From Hydrolagus affinis (Eukaryota), in assembly GCA_012026655.1 (NCBI GenBank), contig JAAILG010000015.1:124001-188000 (forward strand): DNA of 64,000 nt, read 5' to 3'. This document shows positions 49,353 through 62,538 of this stretch, one piece after another (position 1 is the stretch's first letter; the number at the start of each line of letters is the position of its first letter). The notes under the pieces were generated by a model. It did no database searches. It worked only from the letters and a program-made list of their open reading frames with translations, and was not told where the DNA came from. The translations under genes were made by a program, and so were the position numbers.

Positions 49353-51419
49353 CATCTACCTGAAAATCCCACTTAAGAACTACCTCTTCGACCACATCAA
49401 TGAGCATCGTTCCTCTCCTCTCTGGCTTGGCTTCCAACTCCACCACTGTGCAGTTTTCCAAGATGCTATTCTGTGTTACTGCGCATGCTATAAAAATACA
49501 ACTTATTCCAAACCAGAATAAATACCAACATGCTTCAAAAGGTGCTGCATTTGTCATGCCAATTTGTGTTCTGAGTTCAAGATAAGATCATGATCGTGAA
49601 AAATGAAAGCTGGAAAGTACAAAGTTGTTCTTTTTAAATTAGGCCCCAGTATGTGTAATTTCTTGTTTGACATTGTAACAACAAAGGCAGAAAATTACAA
49701 GTAAATATGAAGGGAATCCACAGATATCAAAAAGTGCATTATATTGGCCAATGTAAATTAATTCAGCATGTTTTATAAGTACAGTACACAGTTCCTTTCA
49801 TTGCACATCCTCGCTGACATTTCTACGTGTAAACGTTTATTTGCCCAGAACCCTCACATTCTTGTCGGTTGACCTTTTCAAAAGAAACAATTTGTAAGTG
49901 ACGGCGCAGCAAGTTTTCAAGTGCTCTGATAAGGAACAGCGGCTCACATTTGTCTACCGGTTGTTGCAGTTTTCACAGCCTGACTGACACACTGGTTCCT
50001 GTGCATTTCCGCTTCCCTCCATCAGCACATTCTGATAAAAAAAAACAATTATTTTATAATTAAACTCCACTACTCGTCATTACCATTTTAATCACCGTAG
50101 CAAACTGCAACAGCCCAAGAGAAAATAGAAGCACCAAGCTGTGTGAATCTGTTCTCAAAACTAATAACATTTTTCTATAGCTCTGAGTGAAACAGTGAAT
50201 ATATTTGCAGCACTTCACAATATTTAGCATTTGCTGTTTTCCTATTGCTAAAGAAACTCAAGCAGCCTTGTTGTTATTTCTTGAAAATATCCGGTGGAAT
50301 CACATCCAAATGTTAATGTGTGAGCAAGTATGAAATGGGGATTTTCATTCTAGCACAACGCTGGAACTGACTCCATAACCATAGCAACTTGGCAGGCAAA
50401 CAAACAAACAGATTAAAACTAGTTTGGGATTTGATTTCATCTTAAATGGTTAGCACTCTCTGCAACACATTTTTTTTCATATCTATTGCAAAAGGCAGAT
50501 AGTATAATTCCGTCAGATATTAATCCTTCCCACACCAAGTACTCGCAGTTCCATTGGAAGCCTTGCAAAGAATAAGACTTTGCAATACACATGTTCAGAG
50601 GTGCATGCTCCTTTTTGCTGAATATGAGAATACTTGAAAGTGCAAATTTGTACTTTTATTGTGGTATAATTTCTCCCAAGCAGTTTGCAGTAGGAGTAAC
50701 AAGGCAAGGTGATGGAAGTCACAGTTAAGAGTCTGGATCTGAGAAGGGTTTTGAAGAGAGGGTGTGAGACTTACAATGCAGCTTCAGAGTCTGAGCAAAT
50801 AAAAAATAGTCGAATAATGGAACAGCGATTCCAATGACACCAGCATTCTGGAGTAAAAACACTTCCAGAGGAGCCTTTGCTAGATGTCATTCATTCATTT
50901 TCAGAAATCCAGCAATGTATAAATGGGGTCTGAGAGCCAATCTGCAGCTAGTAAAGTATAATTTAAAAATGAATTATATTTAAACAAAAAGAAAATGACA
51001 GCACTATATAGTTTAACGGTGAAAGGCTGGGCTAGTGTCATTACACTTCACTAAAAAGTGTCAGAGAAAACCAAATGAATCATAGGTTTTGATATAGAAT
51101 TCTGAAGACTTTTTAGAAAGAATTCTTTTGAGTCTCCAACTGATGCATTTAATTCAAAATGCAACTGAGTATTCAGTCTAGGCTCACCCTACAATCAAGT
51201 CTCAATGACTCATTACCAAGCAAATAGCTCTTCTTCAAGAATGACTAACTTACTTTATATTCAGCACAAGGTGCTTTGGGGATTTCAACATCATTCATTT
51301 CTCTCTGTGACTGTTCTTACGGTAAGTCATTTGACGATCGAGAACAATTGGGAATTGGAGCTTCACATTCGAACTTGTTTCAACCATCGATAAAGGTGTA
51401 TTCATAGTCAATTTAACAC

Positions 51420-51535
51420 AATGATAATCCTTGCATTTGATGCAGCACCCTTATCACCTTGTCGAAACATCTCAAAGCGCTTCCCTGGAATTTCCTGGAA
51501 AAAGACACGGCAATGCGCCACAAATAGCCACGAGG
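51420..51535 (-). mobile_element. SINE 3' fragment
   Basis: gataatccttgcatttgatgcagcacccttatcaccttgtcgaaacatctcaaagcgcttc. Confidence 0.75.
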
Positions 51536-52387
51536 ATCAATTTTGTCTGAAGGAGAACCCATTAATTATACAGTGGATATAAGGTTCAGTGGTGACAGCC
51601 TTTAAAATTAAAGTCTGGTGCAATTTGAACTGGATCTTAGTGTCTCACATTGTTTCATGAAATCTGGGACTTCAATTGGCATCCAACCTCATTATTCTGA
51701 ATTTACAATATTATTCTTATGAGGGATTCATTGCGCTGGGGTTTAACTTCCCCCACTTGACTACAATAACAATTCTGCTGGGATTAGGGTAAAATGCTTG
51801 TTAGATGGAGCGGTTTGGAATAAAAGAGCTTGCTGTAATGAGATTTGGATGTGTGTGGTTGAGCCATTATGACTGCTATTAGTTTAAATTGCAAACAGGA
51901 CATACAAAGAGCGAGACAGAAAGGATTGTGAAGAGCTTTTTCAGGCATTGATAATATGTGCTTGAACAAAATACATCCTAGGTATGGAGAGATAGAGAGA
52001 GAGATGGAGTGTTTATGTGTAACATTCAATCACATTTGAAATATGTGTGGCTATCTAACTGTGTCAATTACCTTTAGATATATGCTTATCATAGCTTTAC
52101 ACTCAGATATCTTTTTAGCACATGTTCCAATTCGAAATCTTAATTTGTTGTTGGGGGTAGCAAGGTTTACTGCTTAGGAGTGTCAAAATAGAACAAAGCT
52201 CGTGAAAGTTACATCTCCGTGGAGCTTTTAATGGTATAATTCTATAATTGCCAGGGAAAGTCATCCCGTATTCAAAACAGGATAACAGCACTGAGGGATA
52301 CCAGCCAACCATTGTCGAAGTGTAGCTTGTGAATTATAACAGGTTGGGGTTCAATGAAGGTGGATGATATAGTCTTAATATTACAAC

Positions 52388-52649
52388 CAGGCCATTTAAG
52401 AGTGAAATCAGGAAGCTTTTTTTTAATCAAAGGGTGATGGAAATCTGGAATTCTTCACCCTTAAAAATTTGTGGATGCTGTATACATCCACACCTTCAAG
52501 AGTGAGGTTGATACATTTTTGGTAGGTCAGGGGTATTAAGGGATATGAAATTGGAATTGAAAGGATCAGTAGAGATACAGAGCAACCACGATCTAATTAA
52601 ATGGCGGAACAGGCTCGATGGGCTGAATGGCCTACTCCTGTTCCTATGT
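52388..52649 (+). mobile_element. CR1-clade LINE 3' end (shark HER1-type tail)
   Basis: aggaagctttttttt...agggtgatggaaatctggaattc (RKxFF..RVMEIWNS), ttcaagagtgaggttgat (FKSEVD), and tail aatggcggaacaggctcgatgggctgaatggcctactcctgttcctatgt. Confidence 0.9.
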
Positions 52650-54289
52650 AATTAAATCAATTGGGAACTGCACATGGTTCATTAAAGTTAGCCAATTGAC
52701 TTTTATTCATTCTATGCTCTTTGATATATTCTATTTGGAGAAGCCTCCTGTGGATTTTGGCATTACTAGAAATACCCTTTTCTCTTTAAGGAACTTTATA
52801 ATAACTAAATCCGAGTTACCAGCACAAATTTTCAGATCACTGAAACAGTGCTGGTCCATCATTTGGACGTTAAGAGAAAAACTTAGATGAATTATCTTCC
52901 AGAGAATGGTAGGCCTTGCCGGGGAGAGATAACAATCTTTGCTTCTCTGGTTATTTTTAACTTTTAATGTGCTAAGGGATACTTTTAGTAGAAGGATTTT
53001 TCTTTCACAAGAAACAATATTTATCAATTTCAATAGAATGACTTTGATAGAATGTTGTCATTGGAGGAATTTACTATCAGTACATCAATTCAATAACAAT
53101 AAGAATTGGTGAGTTTGAAATCTTGCATCCCGAAATAAACTACTCTCGGACTGTTGCTTGCCTTTCGTGCTCAACCAGATGATTTGCAATCTTTGATGGC
53201 AATTTATAAGACTATAGCTTGTGTAGATTAACTGCAGAAGAGAAACACTTGCCTCCAGAGTTTATTCTTTACCATAAATTGATTATCTTTCTACCAAGAG
53301 TCCCTTTTATGCAATTATTTTGAAGGATATTTAGTAAAAAAAAGTGTTTAAGATGCATCAGAGAATACACAATGGCAATTCAGAAAGCCTGCGTGGAACA
53401 TTTCTAAAAGATGACGGTCTTTAACTCGTGCAAATAAATGGTTAATTTTGATGGCAGATAATAACAGATGGAGAAGGATTTAGCGTGGTTCAAGGGAATC
53501 TCTAGACATTGACATTGGGATTTGAATTTCTTTCAATTTCATTAAATCAGAAATCAAATCTGAGAAATGGAGAAGCGAGTTTGCAGTTTGCTTTTGTTGG
53601 TGTAAAATTAACCAGAATATCCCACTTTGTCATATAACCATGTATTTGAAGTTGGCTCACATTAACACAATTAATTTGTGCAGTAAAAAAATCATCCTAT
53701 GATGTTTGGATGATGCACGGTATCTATTGGAAGGAATAAGAAGATTGGTAAAAGAATTTATTTGATATCAATAAGAATGGTTCGAAATATTGCACCATAA
53801 TACAATATCTAAAGATGGTTACCCTAGGAACTAAACGATTTGTAGAAGAAAATCTTTACACTTGTGCAATTGTTAGCAATTTAGAACATCACAGTGTTCT
53901 GATTCCTATACTCTAAAAATGAATACAAATCATTCCTGTTAGGTGGCTGGCAGTGACCAGCTCCATTATCTTCAAGGTAAGTGAAGTGCAAAAAAGTGGC
54001 CAATTTTTTTTGGGTGGGGGAATGGGGCCGGTCAAGATGTCATTGCTAATCACTTCCTGCATATTGCACAAGTGGCCAGGAATGCACCACTGACATCACT
54101 TCCTTTGTGATATGACATTTGATCACAGCTTCCTGCACATGGGTAATGAATAGAAATTGACTTCACCGGTAGATTGATGACCTGGAAGCCAACTTTCTAG
54201 CATGAGAACCTGTCTGGTCAGCTCCGAAATACCATATAGCCATGTTAAAGACACCTGAGTTATTAAATCAATCCATTTTCCAATTGGGA

Positions 54290-54775
54290 AGGATGACAAG
54301 CAAGGCAAGCCTGGATGTGATGAAGGTCTGAGGGGTGAGGTAGGCCTGAGGGGTGAGGTAGCGGTGGAGTCGCGGGTGAGAGAAGGCAGAACACTGGGTC
54401 ATGGCTTGGAAGCGGGGGAGGAAAGACAGTTGAGGATTGAACAAGACACCTAGGTTCCTGAGTGGCTTGGTGACGTCGAGTGTGCAACCATCAAAGTTGA
54501 TGCTGCCAGTGCCTGATATGTGAAGCGGGTGGGGGGCCTCAATCTTATTGACATTCAACTGTAGAAACTTAGCTCTCATCCAGGACTTGATGCCTGACAG
54601 GCAGCCTGTCAGGACAGCAGTGGTCCTGGAGTCGAGGGCAAGTAGATAGTAAAACGTAGGGGGCCAAGATCAGAGCCCTGGGGGTCGCCACAGATGACAG
54701 TGGAGAGGGTCTGGAAGAAAAGTCGTTGGTGGCGACAAAGTGGAGACGGTGAGTACTTAGAATCTAATAGGGGTG
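54290..54775 (-). mobile_element. L2 reverse-transcriptase fragment, YADD region deleted
   Basis: CGDPQGSDLGPLRFTIYL (GVPQGS.LGP motif), CLSGIKSWMRAKFLQLN, LRNLGVLFNPQLSF, YLTPQTFITSRL; segment expected to hold YADD is absent; 16-bp duplication ctgaggggtgaggtag at 54328/54346. Confidence 0.9.
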
Positions 54776-55118
54776 TGGGGGGGGTGGGGAAGCTACTTTC
54801 CATCTGGAAACTGACTGGGTTTTGATTGGGTTTTGAGCTGTACAGAAAATCTGTCCATTAACAACAGAAAAGAAGATTTCACCCCAGAGGTGCAAGAGGC
54901 ACATAGCACTTGCTGCAGGCTGAAAACAACAATTAAGGCAATTTGTTTCTGCTGGAAGCCAATTACGTTGAGCAAAGTACAGTCTTTTTGCTGCATCTGA
55001 AGGTTTCTGGACATGAGGGTGTTTAGTCATGGTGTCTACTGCAGTGGGAGAGCTGCAGCACAACTCTGTATCAATACAAAGCTCTGAAGTCTGCCAACTG
55101 GCAATATTGCAGTGAGTC

Positions 55119-55282
55119 AAAAACAGAAGTCACAGGGAACACTCAGCAGGTCAGGCAGCATCTATGGAGGAAGGAGATAAAGTCAACGTTTTAGCTCTAA
55201 TGACCCTTCGTCAGAACCATTTCTGTGTGTTCTCAGCAACTTCTGTTTTTGTTTCAGATTGTAGTGTTTTGTGTTTTGTATT
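55119..55282. mobile_element. Hammerhead-bearing Penelope-pLTR-like fold-back element, one arm largely deleted
   Basis: gggaacactcagcaggtcaggcagcatctatggag...aacgttttagctctaatgacccttcgtcagaac then ttctgtttttgtttcagatt; same family as 62428-62694. Confidence 0.8.
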
Positions 55283-56114
55283 TAGCATTACAGTGAATGT
55301 TTGACATTGCTTTAGAACAAATAATCACCCTGAACTGATGCCAAATTTTCAGTATAATTGAACCATTAGCGATTTGAGAACTGTTAAAATGCTTCTGTTG
55401 ACTAACATTTAATCTCCTCTTTAAAGTGGATCAAGTTTCCTGAGTTTCCAGACGAGCCCCATTTTTCGTATCCAAGTCATCAAAGAATCAGACAGAGAGA
55501 AAATCAATCATGTCATTAAGAGGTTTCATCTTGACCTCTGTGATGTACAGAGGTAATTTGGAACTCTAATCTTTGCTATAACGCACTGATGTTCATGTAG
55601 AAGTTTAAAAGGCAGTTGGAACACTTCTAAATCCCTGAACACTTGTTTGGGTTGATGTAACTCTAAAGTCCTGGTGCAGTGTTGAGCAGAAATGTGAGAG
55701 GCAGCAAGATCTGACTTGAACACTTCGTCTAAAACCTCGGGAGTTGCAAGAAGTAAAAGAAAACATTACACCGAAATGAATCTGGTGTAGTAAACAAAGT
55801 AAACCAGACCACTGCCATGAAATAATAATAAAAAATAATTCAGCCAGTACATCAGCAGTCAAACAACAGAGCAAAAAACAAACTAATAGTTCTGACAAAG
55901 ACTTTAAACTTTCAAAGATGTCCACCTAGGAATTAGAGAACAAAGCTGAAGTATTGCCCTTGTTTTGATCTTCCTTAAGAGATCCATTCCGACCGAATAA
56001 TTTAGCAAATTGCAGTGCATCAAATGTCCATGAGATGTATTCATTAGGAAAATCAATTAAGTATTCATACTCAGCTTGTCCACTGGCATTTGATGGTCAC
56101 AAAACAGAATAACA

Positions 56115-56463
56115 ATCCTATAATAATCCTTGCATTTGTTACTGCATCTTCCACATTAACACAGTATCTCAAAGTACTCCAGCACTTCAGAGGTTTTACG
56201 GCAAAATGCATTGACTGCGTATTGTGTGGACATCAGAGCAGCTACTCTTGTGCATTGTTAGGTTCCATAAGCAGCCATGAAGTGAATGGCCAATGTTATG
56301 AATGGCCAGAATATCGGGAAAACCCGCCTTATCGTTTCAATTGTTGCCGAACTCGCAGCAATGCTTTGGAACATCGATCTTGACCATATGAGGTCTGAGT
56401 CCTCACATAGTTTGAATCAACAACCCTCTATCTCAGAGATGAGAGTACTACCAACAGAGCAAG
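56115..56463 (-). mobile_element. Old SacSINE1-like SINE, diverged
   Basis: ataataatccttgcatttg tail; head tttgaatcaacaaccctctatctcagagatgagagtactaccaacagagc in reverse complement. Confidence 0.7.
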
Positions 56464-58624
56464 ATTGAAGTGCCAAGAAAAAATTTGTCCCACTGCTTAG
56501 TATTGTACACTAAGACCTATATTTCACCTGTTAGTGTGCATTAAAGTGCAGAAGAGAAAGAGTGAAAATTAGAGAGAAGGATCATAGGTCTGCAATTCAG
56601 ACACTCGGCAACTAGTTACAGTACAATGACAGCAAAACTTCAGCGTAAACTGTTTCTCAGCCAGGAAATGGGTCACACTTTAGAAATCTAAGAAAAATGG
56701 AAAGAATTAAATTTTCAAAATAAGATTACAAGAGGAAAAAAAAACCTCAGGTCACATACTTGGCAGAAAATCTCACATGATTCCATTATATTCCTGTAGA
56801 AATAATGAAATCTTCTGAAATTTTTCATTGTCTAGTGAGATCACAGCAGCAATATCACACAATTATATATCGCCACTTTTCATGCCTGCAGTGCCTATGA
56901 GTTATGGGGCTTTCATACCCACAATAGAAAAATAGTAGGACTGTACTTGGTCATAGGTGTAATGTGAACACAATGTCTCCAGGACAATAGAGCAGTATTG
57001 CATATAGGGCTGCCCTGTGGTCTTCATTTATATGGTGCAGTCAATATTTCCTGGATGGTCAAGATTCCATCAGTGAAACATCAGATAAACAGGTGCAGTT
57101 TTACTACAACAAAGAACGAACCCATCAAAACCAGAAACACGACCTCACTTGCTGCAATAAAGCCTGTGTTAAAATGATTCAATTTGTCAAAAAAAAACTA
57201 TTCTGTCATATTTGTGCTTTGATGTGGTAATATTGCGGGGTTAAAAAAAGTGCAGGTTCATAACAGAATCTATGTTATGGAATGTGCTAAGCATTGCAAT
57301 TTTCGAGTGAGAAAAATGTGCCCACTGCAGTGACCCCTCTCCACCCCTCCCAAGCTCCCATAACTGACCTCGACACAATTATCGATCCCAAGATTCTTTT
57401 GTTCAAACCACAGCCTTCCCGAGTGAGTGGCTGTAATTCCTCTTTCTGACGCTGATGTTGAAGTGTCACTCCACAGGATTGACTCGGTTTGAAAGTGACT
57501 TGAGGGTATACAGCACAGAGTGAGGCCCCTTGGCAAATTGCATCTGCGTTGCACTCTGTCGGACAGCCACTCCCACAGAGTGAAACAGAATATCCCACCT
57601 GAAAAAATCTCTCCAAAGTGGTCTGCGCTTTGTATTGTGGATATGTGCACTGACTGGTGTTCAGTTGAGCAGACACAAACTTTAGAATTTAATTTGCTGC
57701 TGGTGGTGTTGACAGAATTTAATTAATCATTACTCAGGATGTAGCTGACTGGCTGGCACACATCTCGTATAAAAACTTAATGTGCTCAGCTTGCTATTAA
57801 CATTTTTTTTAACTGCCAGCTGCCTGTACAAGATCATGCCATCTTCATTGATCCATTGCCACGAGCAGGGTTTCCAGCATTGTGGTCTTGAGGACAACTG
57901 CGCAATGCTTCAGAGTATCAGTTGTGATGGAACAGCCAAGGTTTCCGATTGATGTGTGCTGAGGGTCAATTCCCAGTGAATGACAATTCCAAGCATGTGC
58001 CATCCTGACAATGTGCCTGAGCTACAGCAACTGTCAGTTTTCTACAAACCTGGCATTCAGCAGATCCAAGCTTGTATCAGCATCAAGCGATATTTCTATG
58101 AAGGAAACTGCGCTTTAAAGGGTCAAGGCACAAGACACTGAGGAAGGATGATAAATTTGCTTAGTTACAAGGCAACATATTAACAGATTTACCCCCTACA
58201 TTTGGCTGATGTGACAAAATGGTGAACAATAGTAATAAGAAGAATGCTTGCAATTGATACAGTGCTTTTCACATCTTCTAGTGATTAATCACACCATACA
58301 TGTAGTCCCTCATGAGACACACACATATACATATGTGTGCAAATGGGTGGTTACCCAAGTAAATACAGAGAGAGAAGGGAATGGCATCTGCATCAGGAAC
58401 AAAAGCTGCCTGGCAACAAAAAGGATAAAGTGCTCAAGATACAGTACTGTTTCCAATTTCAGCATTCTAGTTTTTCTGCAGTTCCAGTGATCTTGACTCT
58501 GACAAGTCAAGACTAACTATCTCTTTCCTAAACTATGCACACAGCCCATCGCCTTCTGTATGAAAAAAAATGTATTTTGTACTTTTCATTGAACCTAAGA
58601 AATTGCTAGACCGAATTCCACTTA

Positions 58625-58656
58625 TGACCCCTCTAGTGCTGACGTCTGCGATTGCT
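58625..58656 (-). promoter_or_regulatory. Candidate CTCF binding site
   Basis: Minus strand CAGCACTAGAGGGGTCA resembles the CTCF core, with GCAATCGC upstream-motif-like sequence 6 bp 5'. Confidence 0.35.
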
Positions 58657-58690
58657 CTTTCACTGCAGTTTACTGCACAGCATTCAATTA

Positions 58691-58760
58691 CTACAACAAC
58701 AGCAATAAAATTACAGTTGTAGAGCACGTTTCATGTCGGGAGGATGTCCCAAGGCGCTGG
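58691..58760 (-). mobile_element. L2 3' terminus, ultra-short
   Basis: aaattacagttgtagagcacgtttcatgtcgggaggatgtcccaaggcgctg. Confidence 0.85.
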
Positions 58761-58989
58761 ATTAGTCAAAGGGTTGACTTTGTTTGTGATTTGCACAGAC
58801 TTGGCCCAGGCTTACACTCTACATTTTGCGGCAAACCGGCACCAATAGTCAATTTGATAACATCTTTTAAAAGAGAAGTAGTCACTTATTTGGGGAGGAC
58901 AAGTTTGTAGGGCCATGGGGCGAGAGTAGTGGAGTGGGATTGATTTGGAAAGCTCTTTTTCAAAGAGCAGGCACAGAATGGGAAGAATG

Positions 58990-59295
58990 GCCTCTTTCTG
59001 TGTTCCTGCCTGTTCCATGACCCCCAATCCACCTGCCCCACAATCGATGGGCGAGCCTTCAGCCACTCTGCCTCTAACCTCTGAAATTCCATCCTGCAGT
59101 CCCTCCGCTGCAACCCCTCCCTTGGCTCCTTCAAGTCCCGCCTCAAGACCCTCCTCTCCGACGGTCACCCCAAATCCCCTCCTTTCCCTCAAACCTCCCC
59201 CATCCCGACCCCAGCTCGGGTCTGAAAAATTGACTGTCCAGCTCCTTGGGACATCCTCCTGACGCGAAAGGCACTATACAAATGTCATTTTGTTG
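58990..59295 (+). mobile_element. L2 3' end
   Basis: atcgatgggcgagccttcagccac (IDGRAFSH), ccttcaagtcccgcctcaagaccctcctc (FKSRLKTLL), cagctcgggt, ccttgggacatcctcctgacgcgaaaggcactatacaaatgtcattttgttg. Confidence 0.9.
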
Positions 59296-59989
59296 GGATT
59301 GTATAATTCTATGAAAACTATCCAGACAAAGGAAGATTTATCAGCGAAGTACAAGATATCTGAAATTTCTACAACTGTGCACTGCCGTCTTTTCCCCCAG
59401 TGTGTACCGTGGCTGGGGAATTGCAGGTTTATACTCAGTGTGTCTGATGGCACTTCCTAATTGATTATAGTGCAAAGCGTATTGCATTTTCAATTAATTA
59501 TGCAGCAGGTTATGCTTTTCTTTATATTCTAATTGCAAAACTAGCAATCCCCACGGTATTCCATCAAGACTGGAAATGAATAAATCTCACATTCTTAAAT
59601 ACCTGTGCACTTCATGCGAGACATCCCCTTCACAAAATGAAGGCACTTTATTTCATTGGTGAAGAGAATTTGTGAAGAAGCAATATTGTTAGAAATCAGG
59701 TATTGTGACGGCCAGCAGATTTTTGAGGGGTGATAATCCAACTTTTGGACATTCTGGTAGTGAGTTCCTCTAACTACCCGTGTGAGAACACAAAATTTCA
59801 CATCTTAATTTCTAAAATGATACCATACAATCCGTTAGTATTACTCAATGCCCGACATCAACAGAGTACGTTTATGTGGTTGCTAACTGGCCTTACTATT
59901 GTCAATTCTGCTTTCATAGCTGTAAGGTATTAGGCACAGAGCAAAAAGACTGATCCGCAGAGCTGCAGGGATAAACTAGGAGGACTGAC

Positions 59990-60275
59990 CAGATAAGCTA
60001 TGGCTTTTCAACCTTGAAAAGAGAGATCCCACAGGGGACTTTATGGAGGCACATAAGATACTTAACAGGAAAGAGGAAACGAATCTAAACGACACTTTTG
60101 GGTTTCCCGAAGAGGCCACGGCTTCAGGGTTTTAAATGGCAGTTTAAGGTCAGTCCTCAGAAGCTTTCTTTACATAAGGGGTAAGGAATAGCTCAAATGC
60201 ATTACTAGGAAGGGCAGTTGAAGGCAGGGCAATGGGGAACTTGTATGGTTGGTATTTTGGAAGGACGAGATGATA
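59990..60275 (+). mobile_element. CR1 ORF2 C-terminal fragment
   Basis: cttttcaaccttgaaaagaga...ggggactttatggaggcacataagatactt (LFNLEKR..GDFMEAHKIL) and agaggccac (RGH) CR1 motifs; abuts the SINE at 60281. Confidence 0.75.
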
Positions 60276-60280
60276 ATCAA

Positions 60281-60595
60281 ATAAATATTAATCCTTGCAT
60301 TTGATATAGCGCTTTTCACATCTTCTAGACGTCTCAAAGCGCTTCATAGAATATACTGTAAAGTGAATTGACTGTACATTTGTGGGCGAAAAGCGCAGCC
60401 AATTGTGCACAGCAGTGTTCCACAAACAGTCGTGGATTGAAATGAACAGTTTTATTATCATGTTTTTTTTTGGAGGGATTATTATTAGGGATGTGGAGTA
60501 GGGAAACTTGCCCAAGGTTTCATCCTGAACTGCCTGGATTCGAACACAGGTCTCATGCTTTAAGGTGAGTGCTCTAACCACTGAGCTACAGGATT
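60281..60595 (-). mobile_element. tRNA-derived SINE, full length (short form)
   Basis: Reverse complement cctgtagctcagtggttagagcactcacc...gtgttcgaatccaggcag...aaccttgggcaagtttccc...gacgtctagaagatgtgaaaagcgctatatcaaatgcaaggatta. Confidence 0.95.
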
Positions 60596-60704
60596 CCACA
60601 AGATGAAATGGCTGAATAAATAAATGACCTCCTTCACATTGACCAGTTGTGACCAATTGTGACCTGCTGAAGTGTTAAAAGTATGGAATATCACCCCTCC
60701 CACA

Positions 60705-60738
60705 AACACACTCTCACACACACACACACACACACACC
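60705..60738. repeat. (CA)n microsatellite
   Basis: Seen directly. Confidence 0.85.
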
Positions 60739-61524
60739 ACTTTCTGGAACTAAAATGAAGGAAGCATTACAAATTATTAAAACAAGTCAGACAGTTCCTA
60801 ATGTCTTGGGTCTTGGTCTAAGAGGCACACACACACTGTGTAGGCACCTCTTTTGGAGACAATCCAGATGGCTTTGTTTGGATGAGTTTAGTATGTTTGA
60901 TCTGTTTCCGCAAAATGATGGACAGAAATATAACTGAATCAAAATGCAAAGGAAAAAGAACACACGGTGTTCACGTTGTGGGAAAGAGCTGATTTAGGAC
61001 ATCTTGAAACCCCGCTGCGAGATGTCGTTTACCAGGAGGGCAAAGCAATTCTTGGTGCTTAAAAAAATGAACAACTTCCTCTTTCAATGAATACATTTTG
61101 ACAAGTGGAGAGGTGGGAAGGATTTAAAGCAAATTGCAGACAATCCAGCTCTTCCAGGCCTCAAGATCTCTGTTCCTGCTCATCAAAGGTTTCTAGTACC
61201 TTGCAGCACACAGACCTATTCTTTTTCTTTTAAATTCACCAGCTCCAAGAGTAATTGATAGCAAATATGTCAGTTAAAGGAGAGCAGTGAGAATGGGGAG
61301 CACAAAATAAGGAAAACGCTCTCCAAAGTAGGAATTCGGTCAGCTGCACTGAATTGTGAAGCCCTGTATTCTCTTACTAAATGGATTAGTTAATGAAACT
61401 TAAGGTTGGCTGTGGCTACTTGGCTAGGTGTGAGCGAGCAATGTTTGTGCAAAACATGAGGATCAAGTTGATGGATTTTACACTTTTACAGCATCTTTGA
61501 CATTGGTACTTGATGACATTGCTA

Positions 61525-61725
61525 GCTGGGCACCCGAGCGGGGATGGGTGGGTGGGGGGTGAGATCAGACGAGGGTGAGGAGGGGCGAAGATGACTGAAA
61601 ATGCAGTCAATGGGGTACATCTCGATACAGGCTTTGAATGGGAGAAGTGAGGGAGTGAGTTGAAGGGAACATAGGATGGAATTCCAAACACTGGGGCCAA
61701 TATGGCTGAAGGTCAACCTGCCCAA
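61525..61725 (-). mobile_element. L2 3' fragment
   Basis: GRLTFSHIGPSVWNSI translation and ccgctcgggtgccc 3'UTR motif shared with other L2 copies. Confidence 0.7.
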
Positions 61726-62493
61726 AGGACACCATATAGGGTGGAGGGCACAAAGCAGTTCAATGTTTGCTCAGGGCTTCAATCACTTTGCAGACCAGTC
61801 CAGAAAAATTCAGGAGCCTAACGAAGAAAGTCCAACCCCCCTGACACAGACTTGAATTACTGTCTGTATGTACCGATGGCAAGCATGTCCCCATTGCAAA
61901 GAACTGTGGTGAAGCTTAATTTACAAATTGCATTTGTGACACTGAACTAAACCTGGATTTGCAATGCCTCGCTGGTGTGGAGGAATTCCTATTGCAGGCT
62001 CATCCGCTGATCTCATTTGTTTATTTTACGAGTAAAATGTAGTGAATTCTTCACCGTTTTTGTGGACCCACCTTTTCAAGTGATTACAGTTCTTATACCT
62101 GTGTTGTGACAGCAGTATTGTCTGAACCTCTGGTACCTTCAGCAGAAATGTCTAAATACTTTTCTAGGAGTTTAAAAGGAGCCACCAGGAGCCCTGTATA
62201 CCATCAGAGCTATTGTTACTAATAAACTGTGACACTGAAGCTAAAGTGGATTCCCACAGCGTAGTGTTTAACACACTCACCTCGCAAGAGGACTCAGGTT
62301 TGTTTCCCAGGTGGGCAGAAACCTAGGCAACTTTCCTTACTCCGCACACTTCTGTTTACCTAGCAATAGGAAGGAACCCAGTTGTTGGTCAACTGCCGGA
62401 TCACTTTCCCTTCAAAGAAAAACCAACAGCAAAAAAACCTGAATCACTGGGAACACTCAGGAGGTCAGGCAGCATTTATGGAGAAAAGACAGG

Positions 62494-62533
62494 TGAGTCA
62501 ATGTTTTGGCTCCACGACCCTTCGTCAGAACTG
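62494..62533 (-). ncRNA. Minimal type I hammerhead ribozyme motif, antisense arm (GAAA>AAAA)
   Basis: Minus strand CAGUU-CUGACGA-agggucguggagcc-AAAA-CA-UU-GACUC. Confidence 0.6.
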
Positions 62534-62538
62534 ACTTG

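Noticed and set aside
49207-49521. Recurrent peptide YSVKRF...CEKRYIKCKD in several ORFs, suggesting a gene family
   Set aside because: All are translations of the SINE 3' end
54593-54613. Perfect hairpin cctgacaggc-a-gcctgtcagg
   Set aside because: Lies within L2 ORF2-derived sequence; no evidence of an independent role
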